Positions 9,719-20,212 of a stretch of 64,000 nt of DNA are shown piece by piece. The translations under genes were made by a program, and so were the position numbers. Source of the stretch: a virus; IMG/VR virus record IMGVR_UViG_3300045988_180880, positions 256,001 to 320,000 of that record, one strand, 5' to 3'. Below the pieces are notes generated by a model that worked only from the letters and a program-made list of their open reading frames with translations, did no database searches and was not told the origin of the DNA. Within the stretch, counting starts at the first letter, position 1, and the number at the start of each line of letters is the position of its first letter.

Positions 9719-10192
9719 ATGATTATGCAAAAATTTATAATTAGTAAAGAAGGAGAATTAATTTTAGGTAATGTAGAGTTTCACTTTGAATTACTTGGAA
9801 AGAATTACGCTACAGGATGTTGGGGAGGAGGTTTTTGGAGAGTTGATAAAAAATCTAAAACTTTAATCCTTGCCGGAAAATCAACAGACTTCGGACCTCC
9901 TAAGTGGGAATACTTCAAAGAACCTCCTGTAGGGTATGAAGATTATAAAATTACATATGAAGGAAAAGAAGTAATGATCTCTAAAAAAGAAGATCCAGTA
10001 GATAATTATACTAAACATGTAGATAATAAAATATTGGAGGAACTTAAGAAACAAAAATCTTATGATCCAACAAAAGGTTTACTTAATAATTTTAAATTTA
10101 ATGATGGTTATGAAGTCAAAGCAAAAAACAAAAAAGACGCCACTAGAAAACATAACGCTTGGAAAAGAAGAAATAAAAAAGCCGAGAACTAA
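9719..10192 (+). CDS. hypothetical protein
   Basis: 157-aa ORF with a Lys-rich C-terminus. Its 3' end overlaps the next ORF. Confidence 0.5.
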   Translation: MIMQKFIISKEGELILGNVEFHFELLGKNYATGCWGGGFWRVDKKSKTLILAGKSTDFGPPKWEYFKEPPVGYEDYKITYEGKEVMISKKEDPVDNYTKHVDNKILEELKKQKSYDPTKGLLNNFKFNDGYEVKAKNKKDATRKHNAWKRRNKKAEN

Positions 10193-10496
10193 ACAAGAAC
10201 GTCTAGCAGCAGGAGAAACGTTTGTAACTTCTGAGAAAGGAAATTCAATGACTCCTCTCATCATGTCTGGTCAAAAACATGTCTTAGAACCTGTTCCTGG
10301 ACTAGATTCAGTAAAAGTTGGAGATATAGTTTACTGTAAAGTTCATGGAAGATTCTTTACACACTTAATTAAAGCAATAGATCCAATTAAAGGTGCTCAG
10401 ATAGGGAATAATCACGGACATATAAATGGTTGGACTAAGAACATTTATGGAAAAGTAATAAAAGTTTTAAAACCAGATGAGAAATGGGAAAAATAA
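10062..10496 (+). CDS. S24 (LexA/UmuD/signal-peptidase-like) peptidase-domain protein
   Basis: GNSMTPLI...VGDIVYCKV resembles the S24 Ser-containing motif. The true start is uncertain (in-frame ATGs at 10062, 10101, 10104, 10110). Confidence 0.5.
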   Translation: MIQQKVYLIILNLMMVMKSKQKTKKTPLENITLGKEEIKKPRTKQERLAAGETFVTSEKGNSMTPLIMSGQKHVLEPVPGLDSVKVGDIVYCKVHGRFFTHLIKAIDPIKGAQIGNNHGHINGWTKNIYGKVIKVLKPDEKWEK

Positions 10497-10816
10497 CAAA
10501 AGAATCCATTAAAGAGTTTTTAGATTACTTAACCGAAAATTCAGGTTCAGGAGTTAGAATAACAGAAGGTTCAACGAGTGAGATATATACAATTCATTTT
10601 CTTGGAGCAGCTATTGAACAGATTATCTTATATGAAAAATTCTATGGAGTAGAGTTAGCATTTATTACTTTAGAAGATAAATCTGTATATACTCAACACA
10701 AACAGATTACAAATCAAGAATCCCTAGAGAAAGAGGTATTATGTTGGATTCTAAAAACTACTGAAAAAGTGAAACAAAGAAAACGCTTGAAAACCTTATA
10801 TGTGAATGTAAAATAG
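10484..10816 (+). CDS. hypothetical protein
   Basis: 110-aa ORF that overlaps the upstream stop. Confidence 0.45.
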   Translation: MGKITKESIKEFLDYLTENSGSGVRITEGSTSEIYTIHFLGAAIEQIILYEKFYGVELAFITLEDKSVYTQHKQITNQESLEKEVLCWILKTTEKVKQRKRLKTLYVNVK

Positions 10817-10943
10817 AAACACAACAAATTTTTAAACTCATGAATTATATAGGTTCTGGTCTGTGAAGATCGGAACTTATTTTTTTTATTCACAAGAAAA
10901 AAAAAGAAAGGCCAGGATTAATTTCCTAGTCTTTCTCTTATTT

Positions 10944-11381
10944 TTATTTATTCAATTCTAATAATGATTTTTGAACAATATAATTATTTCTGGTTAGATC
11001 TTTTACATTATATAATAAATCTTCTAAAGGAATATCTATGAATTGTAAAGCTTTTGGATTAGATTCATAAGCATTATGTACTTCATATTTAGATTGTTTT
11101 TTATCAACAAAGTCATCATAACCCGAATATTCATCAAAGTTATTTCTATTAAGTAAGATAAGATTTTTAGTAAGCTTTTTACAAATACTTAATGGAAATT
11201 TAGCAAGAATTAATTCAGCGGTTGTAATTACTTTATCATCTCCTACTAGATTATCCCAAGATTTATTATAATCGAATAGATTTACATCTAATGAATTCTC
11301 TAGTCTAAAAGCTCCTTTATAGACTTTTATTAGTTTAGATACTTTTAGTGAATACTTAGATCGAACTACTTTAAATATCAT
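10944..11381 (-). CDS. hypothetical protein
   Basis: 145-aa ORF; its start overlaps the stop of 11378..11776. Confidence 0.5.
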   Translation of the reverse strand: MIFKVVRSKYSLKVSKLIKVYKGAFRLENSLDVNLFDYNKSWDNLVGDDKVITTAELILAKFPLSICKKLTKNLILLNRNNFDEYSGYDDFVDKKQSKYEVHNAYESNPKALQFIDIPLEDLLYNVKDLTRNNYIVQKSLLELNK

Positions 11382-11776
11382 AAAATAGTAATTAATCTAG
11401 AGAACATTTTTTCAATTCCAGCAAGATCAAGGAGCAGTGGGTAAGTTTTATTCACTACTTTTTGTCTTTTCCATTGAATTAGTGGTATCTCTGGAGATTC
11501 AGACGTATATAAATCGAGTCTTTTCTGACCTGGAATATATACTAAACATCCAAAAATACTTCTTTTATTTTTTACTAACAAGGCGAGTTTATAAATTGCT
11601 TGACCTTGTGCTACACTTAAAAGAATCTGATCTGCTCCAAGTCCCCAAAGAAGTCTTGTATTATTATAAAGAGTTCGTAAAGGTATCATTTCTTTTGGAT
11701 CCCCTGTTTTAAAAAAGTCTGTAGGATTTTTTACATCTGCAAACTCTAACATATTATATGTTATATCCTGTAACAT
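11378..11776 (-). CDS. hypothetical protein
   Basis: 132-aa ORF in the operon. Confidence 0.5.
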   Translation of the reverse strand: MLQDITYNMLEFADVKNPTDFFKTGDPKEMIPLRTLYNNTRLLWGLGADQILLSVAQGQAIYKLALLVKNKRSIFGCLVYIPGQKRLDLYTSESPEIPLIQWKRQKVVNKTYPLLLDLAGIEKMFSRLITIL

Positions 11777-12323
11777 AAGTATTAGTATTATTGGAATTTA
11801 TATTAGTTGGTATTTGTGATGATGCAGAAGATACAACATAATCTGAAGAACATGTAGTTGTTGATACCTGAGAATATGGAACAAATGGGTTAGTTGAAGA
11901 GCCATCATTATACCAAAATTTTCCGGGAACTGTCATAATTGGATTAGTTGTCCACTTTCTATTTGCATCATTCAGTTCTTCCATAAGTTTTTGTAATGTT
12001 TCGCTGTCTAGGTTAATATAGTCTCCGGCATTATAAATATCTTTAATCTTATCTATAATTTCTTCTGGCATCGTAAAATATACCTCAGGACATTCGGGAG
12101 AAACTATAACTAAATAATCTCCTATATTTTGAATAATACCTATCCTAAATTCTTCTACCCAAGCAATGGATTCAGTTTTAAAAATCTTTATTCCACTAGA
12201 AATTAAAGTACCATACTTTGGAGAAGACTGAAATGTTCCTAAAACTCTATATCCAGAAAAATCACTAAACCCATTAAATATTTCCTCTTTTAGAAAATAT
12301 TCTTTTAATTTTTCTTCACTCAT
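11754..12323 (-). CDS. hypothetical protein
   Basis: 189-aa ORF with a Ser/Thr/Asn-rich C-terminus. Confidence 0.5.
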   Translation of the reverse strand: MSEEKLKEYFLKEEIFNGFSDFSGYRVLGTFQSSPKYGTLISSGIKIFKTESIAWVEEFRIGIIQNIGDYLVIVSPECPEVYFTMPEEIIDKIKDIYNAGDYINLDSETLQKLMEELNDANRKWTTNPIMTVPGKFWYNDGSSTNPFVPYSQVSTTTCSSDYVVSSASSQIPTNINSNNTNTYVTGYNI

Positions 12324-12331
12324 CGTATTAA

Positions 12332-15136
12332 TTATTTTATTGTAATATTTGTAACTCCTGAATCATTTAATTCAAGTCTACAAGTTTTATTATTAAATGA
12401 AGTAATAGATTCCATATGACTAGAAATCATAATACATCCAATATTCATACTACTAATCATATCTATACAATTATCATGATTTTCTGGATCTAAGTGCTTC
12501 AAAAATTCATCCATAATAAGCAGTCCCATTCTAGTTACTATCTTACTAAGAAAGTTGATATCTAAAACTGTTTGTTGACCTGAACTACATGCATCATAAG
12601 AGACATAATTTCCATTATTATTAAACCTACTAGTAAGGTCAAGATGATCCTTCTTTCTGAAATTATATGTATCTACTGAATATTTAACTTGATTATCTGT
12701 AAACTGTTCAGCGAGTCTTGTCATAATTTCTTCATAAATCTTTCCTGTAGGTCCTGTAAGCTTAATATACTCCTTAAGATCTACTAAAGCATTCTGAATT
12801 AATCCTAACTCAGATTGTGCCTTTAAAATATTTGCTTCTTCTACAGCCCTATCTTGGATTAATCTTTCATGATCCGTCCAAGCTTTTATTCCAGAATCGA
12901 TCGAACTCATGATTTCCATAAAGTTATCAGGAAGTTCTACTTTTTCTGGTGTTCCTAAGTTATTTAATTGAGTCTTATAATTTTCTAAGAGAACTTCTGT
13001 ATTTTCTATATCTTTAGCTGTCTTAGTAATTTTTTGTTTCTCAGACATCAACATAAATATTTGATTCCCCAAGGTCTTAACTTTTTCAGAGGCAATTGAA
13101 ATTAATGAATCAGCCTGTTGTTTTTTCCCAGACATTCCTCTAAGTTCATCGCCGATTTTTATAGCCTCGGATCTAAGTTCTTCAAGTTTTCCTAGGATTT
13201 CTTGTTTATGACGGTCTAGAGATTCTGTATTTTTCAAAGCCTGACCACAACTAGGACACACTTTACTTTTTTCGAGGCGTTCTAATTCGGCGGTTGTTTT
13301 CTTTCCTTCTGCACATACCTGATTATATCTATCCAACTTTAAAGAATATTCAGATTCTATTGTTCGAAGTTGTGATATTTCTTGATTTTCATTATCTACT
13401 TCGGCCTGAAGATATGCAATTTCTGAATCTATTTCTTGAAGATGTCTGTAAGTAGATTGTTCTTTAATTAATCTCTCCAAAGTTTCAACATAAAGAGAAA
13501 CTTGTGCTTGAAGTTTTCCAGAATCAGCTAAGTAACTCATCCATTCTTTATTTTTTCTTTGTAATTCTAAGCCTTCCGATCTTAGTTGAGTGAGTTCTGT
13601 TTTTGTTTGTCCTGGAAGTTGAATATTAGAAAGATTAGTATCTATATATCTTAAGATTTCTTCTGACTTTTTAATTGCTTCATTCCATACACTTGAGGAT
13701 TTAGTAACTTGATCTAAAAGAATTCCAGCTTCTTTATTATAAGCATCAATTCTATCCATTTTATAGAACTTACTAATTATCTCTGACTTTCTTTCAGGGG
13801 TAATATTTCCAATTAATTTATGATGGTCTGAATCAAATAAGAAAATATCCATATATCCAATAAATGGAAATCTACGATACATATCTTCTTCGAATTCTTT
13901 CTTATTATTATACTTAAGAGGTTCATCATCAATCCAGCATCCATATTTTTTATTACCTCTCTGAATCTTACACTTCTTTCCTTGATACATAAATTCTACT
14001 GCTAAGATACACTCTTTTTCTCCGAACTGTAAATAATCCTTAATATTTCTACACTCTAAGAAAGCATATTTAAGAGCACTAAGCAAAGAACTTTTTCCAG
14101 AACCATTTTTTCCAGTTATCAAGATCTTATCACCATCCTCAAAGTAAATATCAGCTTCGTCTATACTTCTCCAATTTTTACAATATAATCTAAGAAGAGT
14201 AAATCCAAAATCAACTTCTTCAGAATCTACATCTTTAAGATTTCGAAGAACTTCAGAATGAATTCCTTGAAGATTGTTTTCTATTATAATATTATCAATC
14301 AAGTTTCCAATTTCTTCCCATGCTGGAATTTTAATATCTCTTACTCCTCCAGCAATACTTAAGTTTTCCGGTTTATATACACTCCAAGTTCCAGTTCCTT
14401 GATTCCAGCCTTCATCTTCTCTGATAGGTGTATAAACGAATTTCATAAGGTTATCATCTGGATTTAGATCTACCCATTTAAATTGTTTAGTTACACAATC
14501 ATATACAACTCCAGTCGATTTATCATAGTCAGACATTTTACATTTCTGTGGAATACCTATACTAACATATTTTCCAATCTGAGCTGGTCTATGAATATCA
14601 CCACAAATAGCTAATCCAAATTTAGACTCATCCAAAACTTGGGATTGTATTTTATCTGATCCACCATAATTAATAGTAGCATGTGTAAATAAAACATCTA
14701 CTTGTCCTGAAATCCATGAAAGATCAAATTCAGGTCTCCAGTTACTAAATGCTATTCTAGAATTATCAATTACTAACTCTTTCTGATCAGCATAATATAG
14801 ATTAGGGGGTAACATTACAGCAAGACATGAATCAATAAGTTCAGAATCTACTGACTTATTATCTTGATCATGATTCCCCCAAATTATATATCCCTCTTTA
14901 AAGAAACTCATTAAAGTATCAAGGAATAATTTAACTTCTGCTTGAACATAGGGTCGGAGAACTGATTTTTCGATAACATCTCCTGCGATCACAACTCTTT
15001 CAGCTCCTTCAATTGTAGCAGCTTTTATAATATTTTGTGCTACTGTTCTTGCTTGAGTTAAACGTTGTTTATCGTAGGAATTTCTTTGTGGATAATCAAA
15101 AATATGAATATCCGAAATTGCTAATATTTTACTCAT
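12332..15136 (-). CDS. single-polypeptide Mre11-Rad50 (SbcD-SbcC; T4 gp47+gp46 equivalent) nuclease-ATPase
   Basis: N-terminal phosphoesterase motifs SDIHI, GDVIE and WGNHD. These are followed by P-loop GKNGSGKSS, a long coiled coil with zinc hook CPSCGQ, signature SSGQQT and Walker B LLIMDEF. Confidence 0.8.
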   Translation of the reverse strand: MSKILAISDIHIFDYPQRNSYDKQRLTQARTVAQNIIKAATIEGAERVVIAGDVIEKSVLRPYVQAEVKLFLDTLMSFFKEGYIIWGNHDQDNKSVDSELIDSCLAVMLPPNLYYADQKELVIDNSRIAFSNWRPEFDLSWISGQVDVLFTHATINYGGSDKIQSQVLDESKFGLAICGDIHRPAQIGKYVSIGIPQKCKMSDYDKSTGVVYDCVTKQFKWVDLNPDDNLMKFVYTPIREDEGWNQGTGTWSVYKPENLSIAGGVRDIKIPAWEEIGNLIDNIIIENNLQGIHSEVLRNLKDVDSEEVDFGFTLLRLYCKNWRSIDEADIYFEDGDKILITGKNGSGKSSLLSALKYAFLECRNIKDYLQFGEKECILAVEFMYQGKKCKIQRGNKKYGCWIDDEPLKYNNKKEFEEDMYRRFPFIGYMDIFLFDSDHHKLIGNITPERKSEIISKFYKMDRIDAYNKEAGILLDQVTKSSSVWNEAIKKSEEILRYIDTNLSNIQLPGQTKTELTQLRSEGLELQRKNKEWMSYLADSGKLQAQVSLYVETLERLIKEQSTYRHLQEIDSEIAYLQAEVDNENQEISQLRTIESEYSLKLDRYNQVCAEGKKTTAELERLEKSKVCPSCGQALKNTESLDRHKQEILGKLEELRSEAIKIGDELRGMSGKKQQADSLISIASEKVKTLGNQIFMLMSEKQKITKTAKDIENTEVLLENYKTQLNNLGTPEKVELPDNFMEIMSSIDSGIKAWTDHERLIQDRAVEEANILKAQSELGLIQNALVDLKEYIKLTGPTGKIYEEIMTRLAEQFTDNQVKYSVDTYNFRKKDHLDLTSRFNNNGNYVSYDACSSGQQTVLDINFLSKIVTRMGLLIMDEFLKHLDPENHDNCIDMISSMNIGCIMISSHMESITSFNNKTCRLELNDSGVTNITIK

Positions 15137-15140
15137 CTCT

Positions 15141-15485
15141 TCAAAAATAATTAGTCATTATATATTCTACAACAAATTCACTATTTACATAAAACTGATA
15201 ACTCTTATAACAACCATATTGGTAAATAATATCCCAATAGTCATTATTAATCTTATAACCAATAAAACTTTGAATATTAAATCTATTTTCAAATAATGTT
15301 GCTTTGAGTTCATCAGATTCTGAACTATGACACTTGATATCAATCGAAATAACTAAGTGATTTTTTAATCTAGTAAATGTAATATTAGATGGTAACTTAA
15401 ATGAACCAGTATATTTTGCTAATATTACTTCTGTATCTCTACTATCTACTCTAATTAAACTATAATGAGGTTTTAATTCTATCAT
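15141..15485 (-). CDS. hypothetical protein
   Basis: 114-aa ORF. Confidence 0.5.
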   Translation of the reverse strand: MIELKPHYSLIRVDSRDTEVILAKYTGSFKLPSNITFTRLKNHLVISIDIKCHSSESDELKATLFENRFNIQSFIGYKINNDYWDIIYQYGCYKSYQFYVNSEFVVEYIMTNYF

Positions 15486-15490
15486 TAATT

Positions 15491-16024
15491 TTATATAGTT
15501 TTCATTATATTTTGGTAATTATTCACTAGATACTGTAAAGCTGCCATAGAGTGTTTACAAAGTAGAGTTGTTGGCGTTTTATCTTTGGGCGCTTGAGTTA
15601 ATGCTGGACCGAGTTTTATTTTTATACGATCCGACAAAAACAGCGTATTATTCTTGCCCAAAAGATACGCCGATCTAAATTGAAAATCTTTACACTCACA
15701 ATAAACTTTACATTTCGAATTCTTCCATCCACGTATATCATAGTCAGGGGAAGTTTGAATTATGACGTTATAAGTACTACCTGTTTTAGACGTTACTTCA
15801 AATTTAAAAACTAAGTAATAAATCTTAAGTACAGTCTTCCCAAAAAATACAGATCTTAGTTTATCCATGATCGACTCTTCTTTGAGAACATGATATACTT
15901 TTGTCAATCTCACTACACATTCAGAAGCTCTATCTTTTCTTCCTTCATCAATGTTCATAATTTCTTGGATTGAGAGTTGTTTTCCAGTCAATTTTCCAAG
16001 AATTCCTCCTAATAATCCTGCCAT
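15491..16024 (-). CDS. SWIM zinc-finger protein
   Basis: CxC...CxH pattern: CECKDFQF...LLCKHSMAAL. Confidence 0.6.
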   Translation of the reverse strand: MAGLLGGILGKLTGKQLSIQEIMNIDEGRKDRASECVVRLTKVYHVLKEESIMDKLRSVFFGKTVLKIYYLVFKFEVTSKTGSTYNVIIQTSPDYDIRGWKNSKCKVYCECKDFQFRSAYLLGKNNTLFLSDRIKIKLGPALTQAPKDKTPTTLLCKHSMAALQYLVNNYQNIMKTI

Positions 16025-16035
16025 AATTCCTTCTT

Positions 16036-16281
16036 TTAACTTATTGTATTAGGATCTGTCACTGGAGAAATTTTACCATTAAGAGTTAAGATTGAACCTG
16101 TATCTTTGAGTAATATTCCTCCAAAAACCGGCTCCCCTGAACTATCTCCAAGGTAACTATAGACCGGTTCTGCTTGTGATGATGTTAAAACTTGACCTTC
16201 CTTAAATATTCGGCCAGTTCTTTCATCATAACTATATTTTATTCCGCGTAGGGTTACAATATCTTTCATTTTTTTACTCAC
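16036..16281 (-). CDS. hypothetical protein
   Basis: 81-aa ORF overlapping the upstream gene by 8 nt. Confidence 0.45.
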   Translation of the reverse strand: MSKKMKDIVTLRGIKYSYDERTGRIFKEGQVLTSSQAEPVYSYLGDSSGEPVFGGILLKDTGSILTLNGKISPVTDPNTIS

Positions 16282-17302
16282 AATATAATTTTTGATCTAA
16301 TCTTCCAATGAACTCTGAATAATAACTATCTGAAATCCCTGGGATATTATAAGTTCTACAAAACATTCTAAATTCAGAAACATCTCCAAGGGAACCACAT
16401 ACTGGAAGGTAGTTGTTAATCGTATCTCTAGCTTCATCAATCCCTGGGTAACTGAATATATCGAAAGTTTTATATTGTTTTTCAAAGAGTTCTAGGTCTG
16501 TTAAGTTCTCGTAGTTTCCTGATAAAACCTCTAAAATTACTTTTTCAGATTTCATTCTAGGTTTTACAGTTTTTCTTAGGTCATTATGTCCATACCCTAG
16601 ACTATCTTTAAGGCTGAGATATTGATATAATCCGATTCCAGCATTTCTAATTGATTCTGGAATTGAATAATACATCTCATCATAAGTTATTATTCTAGGT
16701 TCTTCATTTTTTCCTGGGAGACGAAATAATTGAGTAGCTGGTGATAAACAATACATCCAATCCGAGTCTTTAGTAACAAAAAGACTAGGGAGATCTGTTT
16801 TTCCATAGAGCTCACAACTTAATAGATAAGCCCAATTGTCAGCTTCCCAGCCACTTCTCCCAAGCATCCCGATTCCAAATCTAGGTAACTCAGAGATCAT
16901 TGTATATTTAGCTGTCTGTTTTACTTGATTTTGATATAATTCCCATGCAGCTTTCTTTAGGTCGTCGGGAGAAACGGCCGGATCATTTTTCATACCCTCA
17001 AAAATCGTTTCATCCATATAATGCCTTGTGTCTTTATATTGTCCCCCTAAAAGATAAGATGTATAATAACCTCCTATAGATTCATCCCACTTATCATAAA
17101 CTAGAATCACTTTCCTAGCACTAATACCATAATCCCTAAGAACTTTATTGATCGTCCATATACAGGTTCTGATTAATTCCCCGGCCGTATATTCTCCGAT
17201 GTCTTTTCCTTTACTTATCACGAAGAGGGACCTTGTCAAAATTAGTGAAAAATCTAGGAAACAGTAGAAATATTGTTTATTATTCATTATTATTATTTCC
17301 AA
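16274..17302 (-). CDS. T4 RNase H-like 5'-3' exonuclease / flap endonuclease
   Basis: CFLDFSLILTRSLF, GWEADNWAYLLS and LFVTKDSDWMYCL align by eye with T4 RNase H blocks CLIDFSQIALS, KYEADDHIAVLV and ILIISSDGDFTQL. Confidence 0.7.
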   Translation of the reverse strand: MEIIIMNNKQYFYCFLDFSLILTRSLFVISKGKDIGEYTAGELIRTCIWTINKVLRDYGISARKVILVYDKWDESIGGYYTSYLLGGQYKDTRHYMDETIFEGMKNDPAVSPDDLKKAAWELYQNQVKQTAKYTMISELPRFGIGMLGRSGWEADNWAYLLSCELYGKTDLPSLFVTKDSDWMYCLSPATQLFRLPGKNEEPRIITYDEMYYSIPESIRNAGIGLYQYLSLKDSLGYGHNDLRKTVKPRMKSEKVILEVLSGNYENLTDLELFEKQYKTFDIFSYPGIDEARDTINNYLPVCGSLGDVSEFRMFCRTYNIPGISDSYYSEFIGRLDQKLYCE

Positions 17303-17388
17303 CTTTAAACAAATAAAGGTAGAGGAAATCTGTTAAAATCTCTTCTACCTTTTAGTTTTATTATTTTATATTATTCCTTTTCAGATCA

Positions 17389-18690
17389 TTAAAAAGGTAA
17401 ATCATCTCCACCATTATTACCTCCGAAATTTGGTTTCTGGAAAGGTGCTTGTTGATTACCTTGTCCAAATCCTCCCCACTGTGGCTGTTGTCCACCACCG
17501 AATGGAGATCCTCCACCATTACCTGGATTTACAGGGCTGGCTGTTACGGGATCACTATGATACACGGGAGGAGTCTGAAAAACCTGATCGTTTTTACTCA
17601 GATCAACTTGAGGTGCAGAATTTCCACCTCCAGACAGAGAAGCTAACATCGGATCATTTGTCTGACGAAAACCACTTTTATCTGTCGGAACCTGTTTTGC
17701 AAGAACTTCATTATTAACTCTTGTAACAGCTTCTTTAAAATCTACACTTCCCTGAGATTTAGCGAGTCTGATGCTTGCTAAAATTTCTGACATATATTCA
17801 ATAGACTCTTTAATCAAGGTCGCATTGAATAAACGTTTCTGACCAACAGGAGTATCGTTATCTCTATTAGCCTGCCAAGACATAAATGATTGCAATGGAT
17901 CTGCAGCCAATTCCATATCTTCTTCTGAAATCTGAATTGACTTAAAGTTCTCATTACCAACTTCATGTGTGGCAGTAATAGCAAATCCGGCTGCTCCGTC
18001 TTTCTTCTTTCCGATACTAAACATCAAGAATCCAGAACGTCCTGTAGCATCACGATTATAAACTTCTGAAATCCAGCTATTATCTCCACCTTTCATCAAA
18101 GATTTTTCTTGAATATTATCTTCAACTACTGATGTAAACATTTTAGCTGTCGCAACGAACAATGCCGTAAAATTCTGACGACTAGGGTTACGATTTTCAT
18201 TCGGATCCCATTTATTAAGACAGAATGCATGGAAGATAGTATAATTCTTCAACCGGACTAAGTTTGTTGTTAATTCGTCGCGGTTATTCTTTGCATCCAG
18301 TTCTCGATAAAGTTCATCAAAGATCATATGCGCTTGTGATAATAATTCATCATCTGCGGCGGTCAATGAAGAAACTAATCTACCTGTCATATCTTTCATT
18401 ACATAAGCACTTTTCGGTAGGAGCTTAATCCACGCATTATAAGTGTTTTCAGTTCCATCCGCCGCCATGTTTTTACGAGGGATATTAATTTCACGAGTTC
18501 CGAATAAAGTAACAAACGGAAAGTCAGTTACTACACTATCCAACGGAAATACTTGATATCTACCAAAATTTCCTGGAAAGTTAAGATAAATTTTTTCTAA
18601 TGATCTGTTTTTCTGCTCAAAATTGTTTTCTTTTGCTTTTGGTGCTTGCGCTGCCAATTTACTCAAAAAATCATCTACTCGATTTCCCAT
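17389..18690 (-). CDS. ssb: single-stranded DNA-binding protein
   Basis: G/Q/P-rich disordered tail ending in the acidic tip GGDDLPF (bacterial SSB tips end DDDIPF). The N-terminus resembles T4 gp32. It sits in the replication module. Confidence 0.7.
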   Translation of the reverse strand: MGNRVDDFLSKLAAQAPKAKENNFEQKNRSLEKIYLNFPGNFGRYQVFPLDSVVTDFPFVTLFGTREINIPRKNMAADGTENTYNAWIKLLPKSAYVMKDMTGRLVSSLTAADDELLSQAHMIFDELYRELDAKNNRDELTTNLVRLKNYTIFHAFCLNKWDPNENRNPSRQNFTALFVATAKMFTSVVEDNIQEKSLMKGGDNSWISEVYNRDATGRSGFLMFSIGKKKDGAAGFAITATHEVGNENFKSIQISEEDMELAADPLQSFMSWQANRDNDTPVGQKRLFNATLIKESIEYMSEILASIRLAKSQGSVDFKEAVTRVNNEVLAKQVPTDKSGFRQTNDPMLASLSGGGNSAPQVDLSKNDQVFQTPPVYHSDPVTASPVNPGNGGGSPFGGGQQPQWGGFGQGNQQAPFQKPNFGGNNGGDDLPF

Positions 18691-18893
18691 AATTTAAATA
18701 AAATAATAAATTAAAAATAAATGTTAGTTAAAATATAATATAAAATTTGTATATAATTCCGCGCAACACAATAATACGCGGATCTTTTTTTGAGATTATT
18801 TTATTCCTCTCACATCTATAAGATTCTTAGTGTTTCTGAGAGGAGTATTTTTACTTTCAATTATAAGAACCTCAAGGGGATGGAAGTACCTTT

Positions 18894-19493
18894 TTATTGA
18901 TTAGAAAGAAAATATTCACATAATTTCTCTACCTCATCACTATCACCTAAATTCCAAGACTCTTCAGAATAACATAACAATTGATCTATATTTTCGATAA
19001 TCTCTGTTACTTGTTCATATCCATCTTTATCAATGAAATAACAAAAATAATCTAAATGTAATGACCTGAAAGTACAATCTATTGAATCTGGATTGTGAAG
19101 TCTATTACTATCATTTAGAGCTTTTAACCAATTAATTTGAAAATATTTCTGATTTCTGAAAAAATAGTTTTTAAGTTTTTGTTTTGGATAGCCATAAACA
19201 GGAAAGTCTCCAATAAAATTCATAAAATTTTTTAAACTATCAATTCTACCTGTTCTTGAAATCCAATAAAAAATATTTTCAACACCAATTAATACTTTTC
19301 TATAGAGATCTAGGTCTGATAAAGTAAATAAGTAAATGGAATCATAAAGATTTGATATATGAAAGTTTTTAGAAGATAATACTTTTCTTACACTTTCACT
19401 CATTCGATCTAAAAATAATACATATATTTTCTTTTCTTTAATTATTACTTCAACTAAATAATCTTCTGTACTCTCTTGATAAACTATTTTCAT
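18894..19493 (-). CDS. hypothetical protein
   Basis: 199-aa ORF. Confidence 0.5.
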   Translation of the reverse strand: MKIVYQESTEDYLVEVIIKEKKIYVLFLDRMSESVRKVLSSKNFHISNLYDSIYLFTLSDLDLYRKVLIGVENIFYWISRTGRIDSLKNFMNFIGDFPVYGYPKQKLKNYFFRNQKYFQINWLKALNDSNRLHNPDSIDCTFRSLHLDYFCYFIDKDGYEQVTEIIENIDQLLCYSEESWNLGDSDEVEKLCEYFLSNQ

Positions 19494-19513
19494 TTTATTA
19501 TTATTTTATTTCA

Positions 19514-20212
19514 TTAATTAGAGTTTCGAATTGTATAATTATATTTACTATCTTTATTTGGCGTAATTCTTGTTATTTTGAATGTTTTAAGTTCTGAGGA
19601 TTTTCCACCTACTCTACTTAAATTTATAGCTCTTCCTTTCTTACCTATTCCTCTAATTACTTCTGCAACTCTATCTCCTGCAGCATCTTCTATTTTATCT
19701 CTTTGTTTCTTGAGATTATTTCCTAAACCGTAAACAGCTCCTATTCCAGCTCCAATTGCTGCATACTTTCCAACTTTTTTCACTGGTTTATATAATTTCT
19801 TTCCAGATTTAACTGTCTCGTTTAATTCCTCTAAGGGTTTATCTAAAAATTTCTTTTTATTATCTAGAAATTTTAAACCTATTTCCTTAGATTGATGTTC
19901 ATTTCTCTTAGTTTTCTCAATAAGATCTGATTTCTTTCCAGTAACTATATCTTTTACTGCCTGTTTAGCATTACTATATCTATGCTTCATTTTTAATTTA
20001 TCAGTATCTCGGTTACTTTTCTTTCGATATAATTTCTTTATAGAATCTTCTGTTACCTCTTTTTGAGGATTAAATGCTTTTTCATAGGATAATCTCCCAG
20101 AACCTGCTATCAAAGCACCCATTCCTGCTCCAACGGTTACATCAGAAGTTATATCAGATTTGCTTCTTTCTTGTTTTTCTTCTTTAGAAAATAATTTACG
20201 TCTTATGATCAT
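19514..20212 (-). CDS. N-box protein with glycine-zipper segments
   Basis: Starts MIIRRKLFS. Contains VGAGMGALIAGSG and AAIGAGIGAVYGLG. This is the only N-box gene on the minus strand. Confidence 0.55.
   Translation of the reverse strand: MIIRRKLFSKEEKQERSKSDITSDVTVGAGMGALIAGSGRLSYEKAFNPQKEVTEDSIKKLYRKKSNRDTDKLKMKHRYSNAKQAVKDIVTGKKSDLIEKTKRNEHQSKEIGLKFLDNKKKFLDKPLEELNETVKSGKKLYKPVKKVGKYAAIGAGIGAVYGLGNNLKKQRDKIEDAAGDRVAEVIRGIGKKGRAINLSRVGGKSSELKTFKITRITPNKDSKYNYTIRNSN

Noticed and set aside
9719-10496. Programmed -1 frameshift fusing ORF 9719..10192 to the S24-peptidase ORF across the A-rich overlap
   Set aside because: The downstream ORF is in the +1 frame relative to the upstream one, not -1. 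It also has its own in-frame ATGs (10062-10110). It is treated as an overlapping gene pair.
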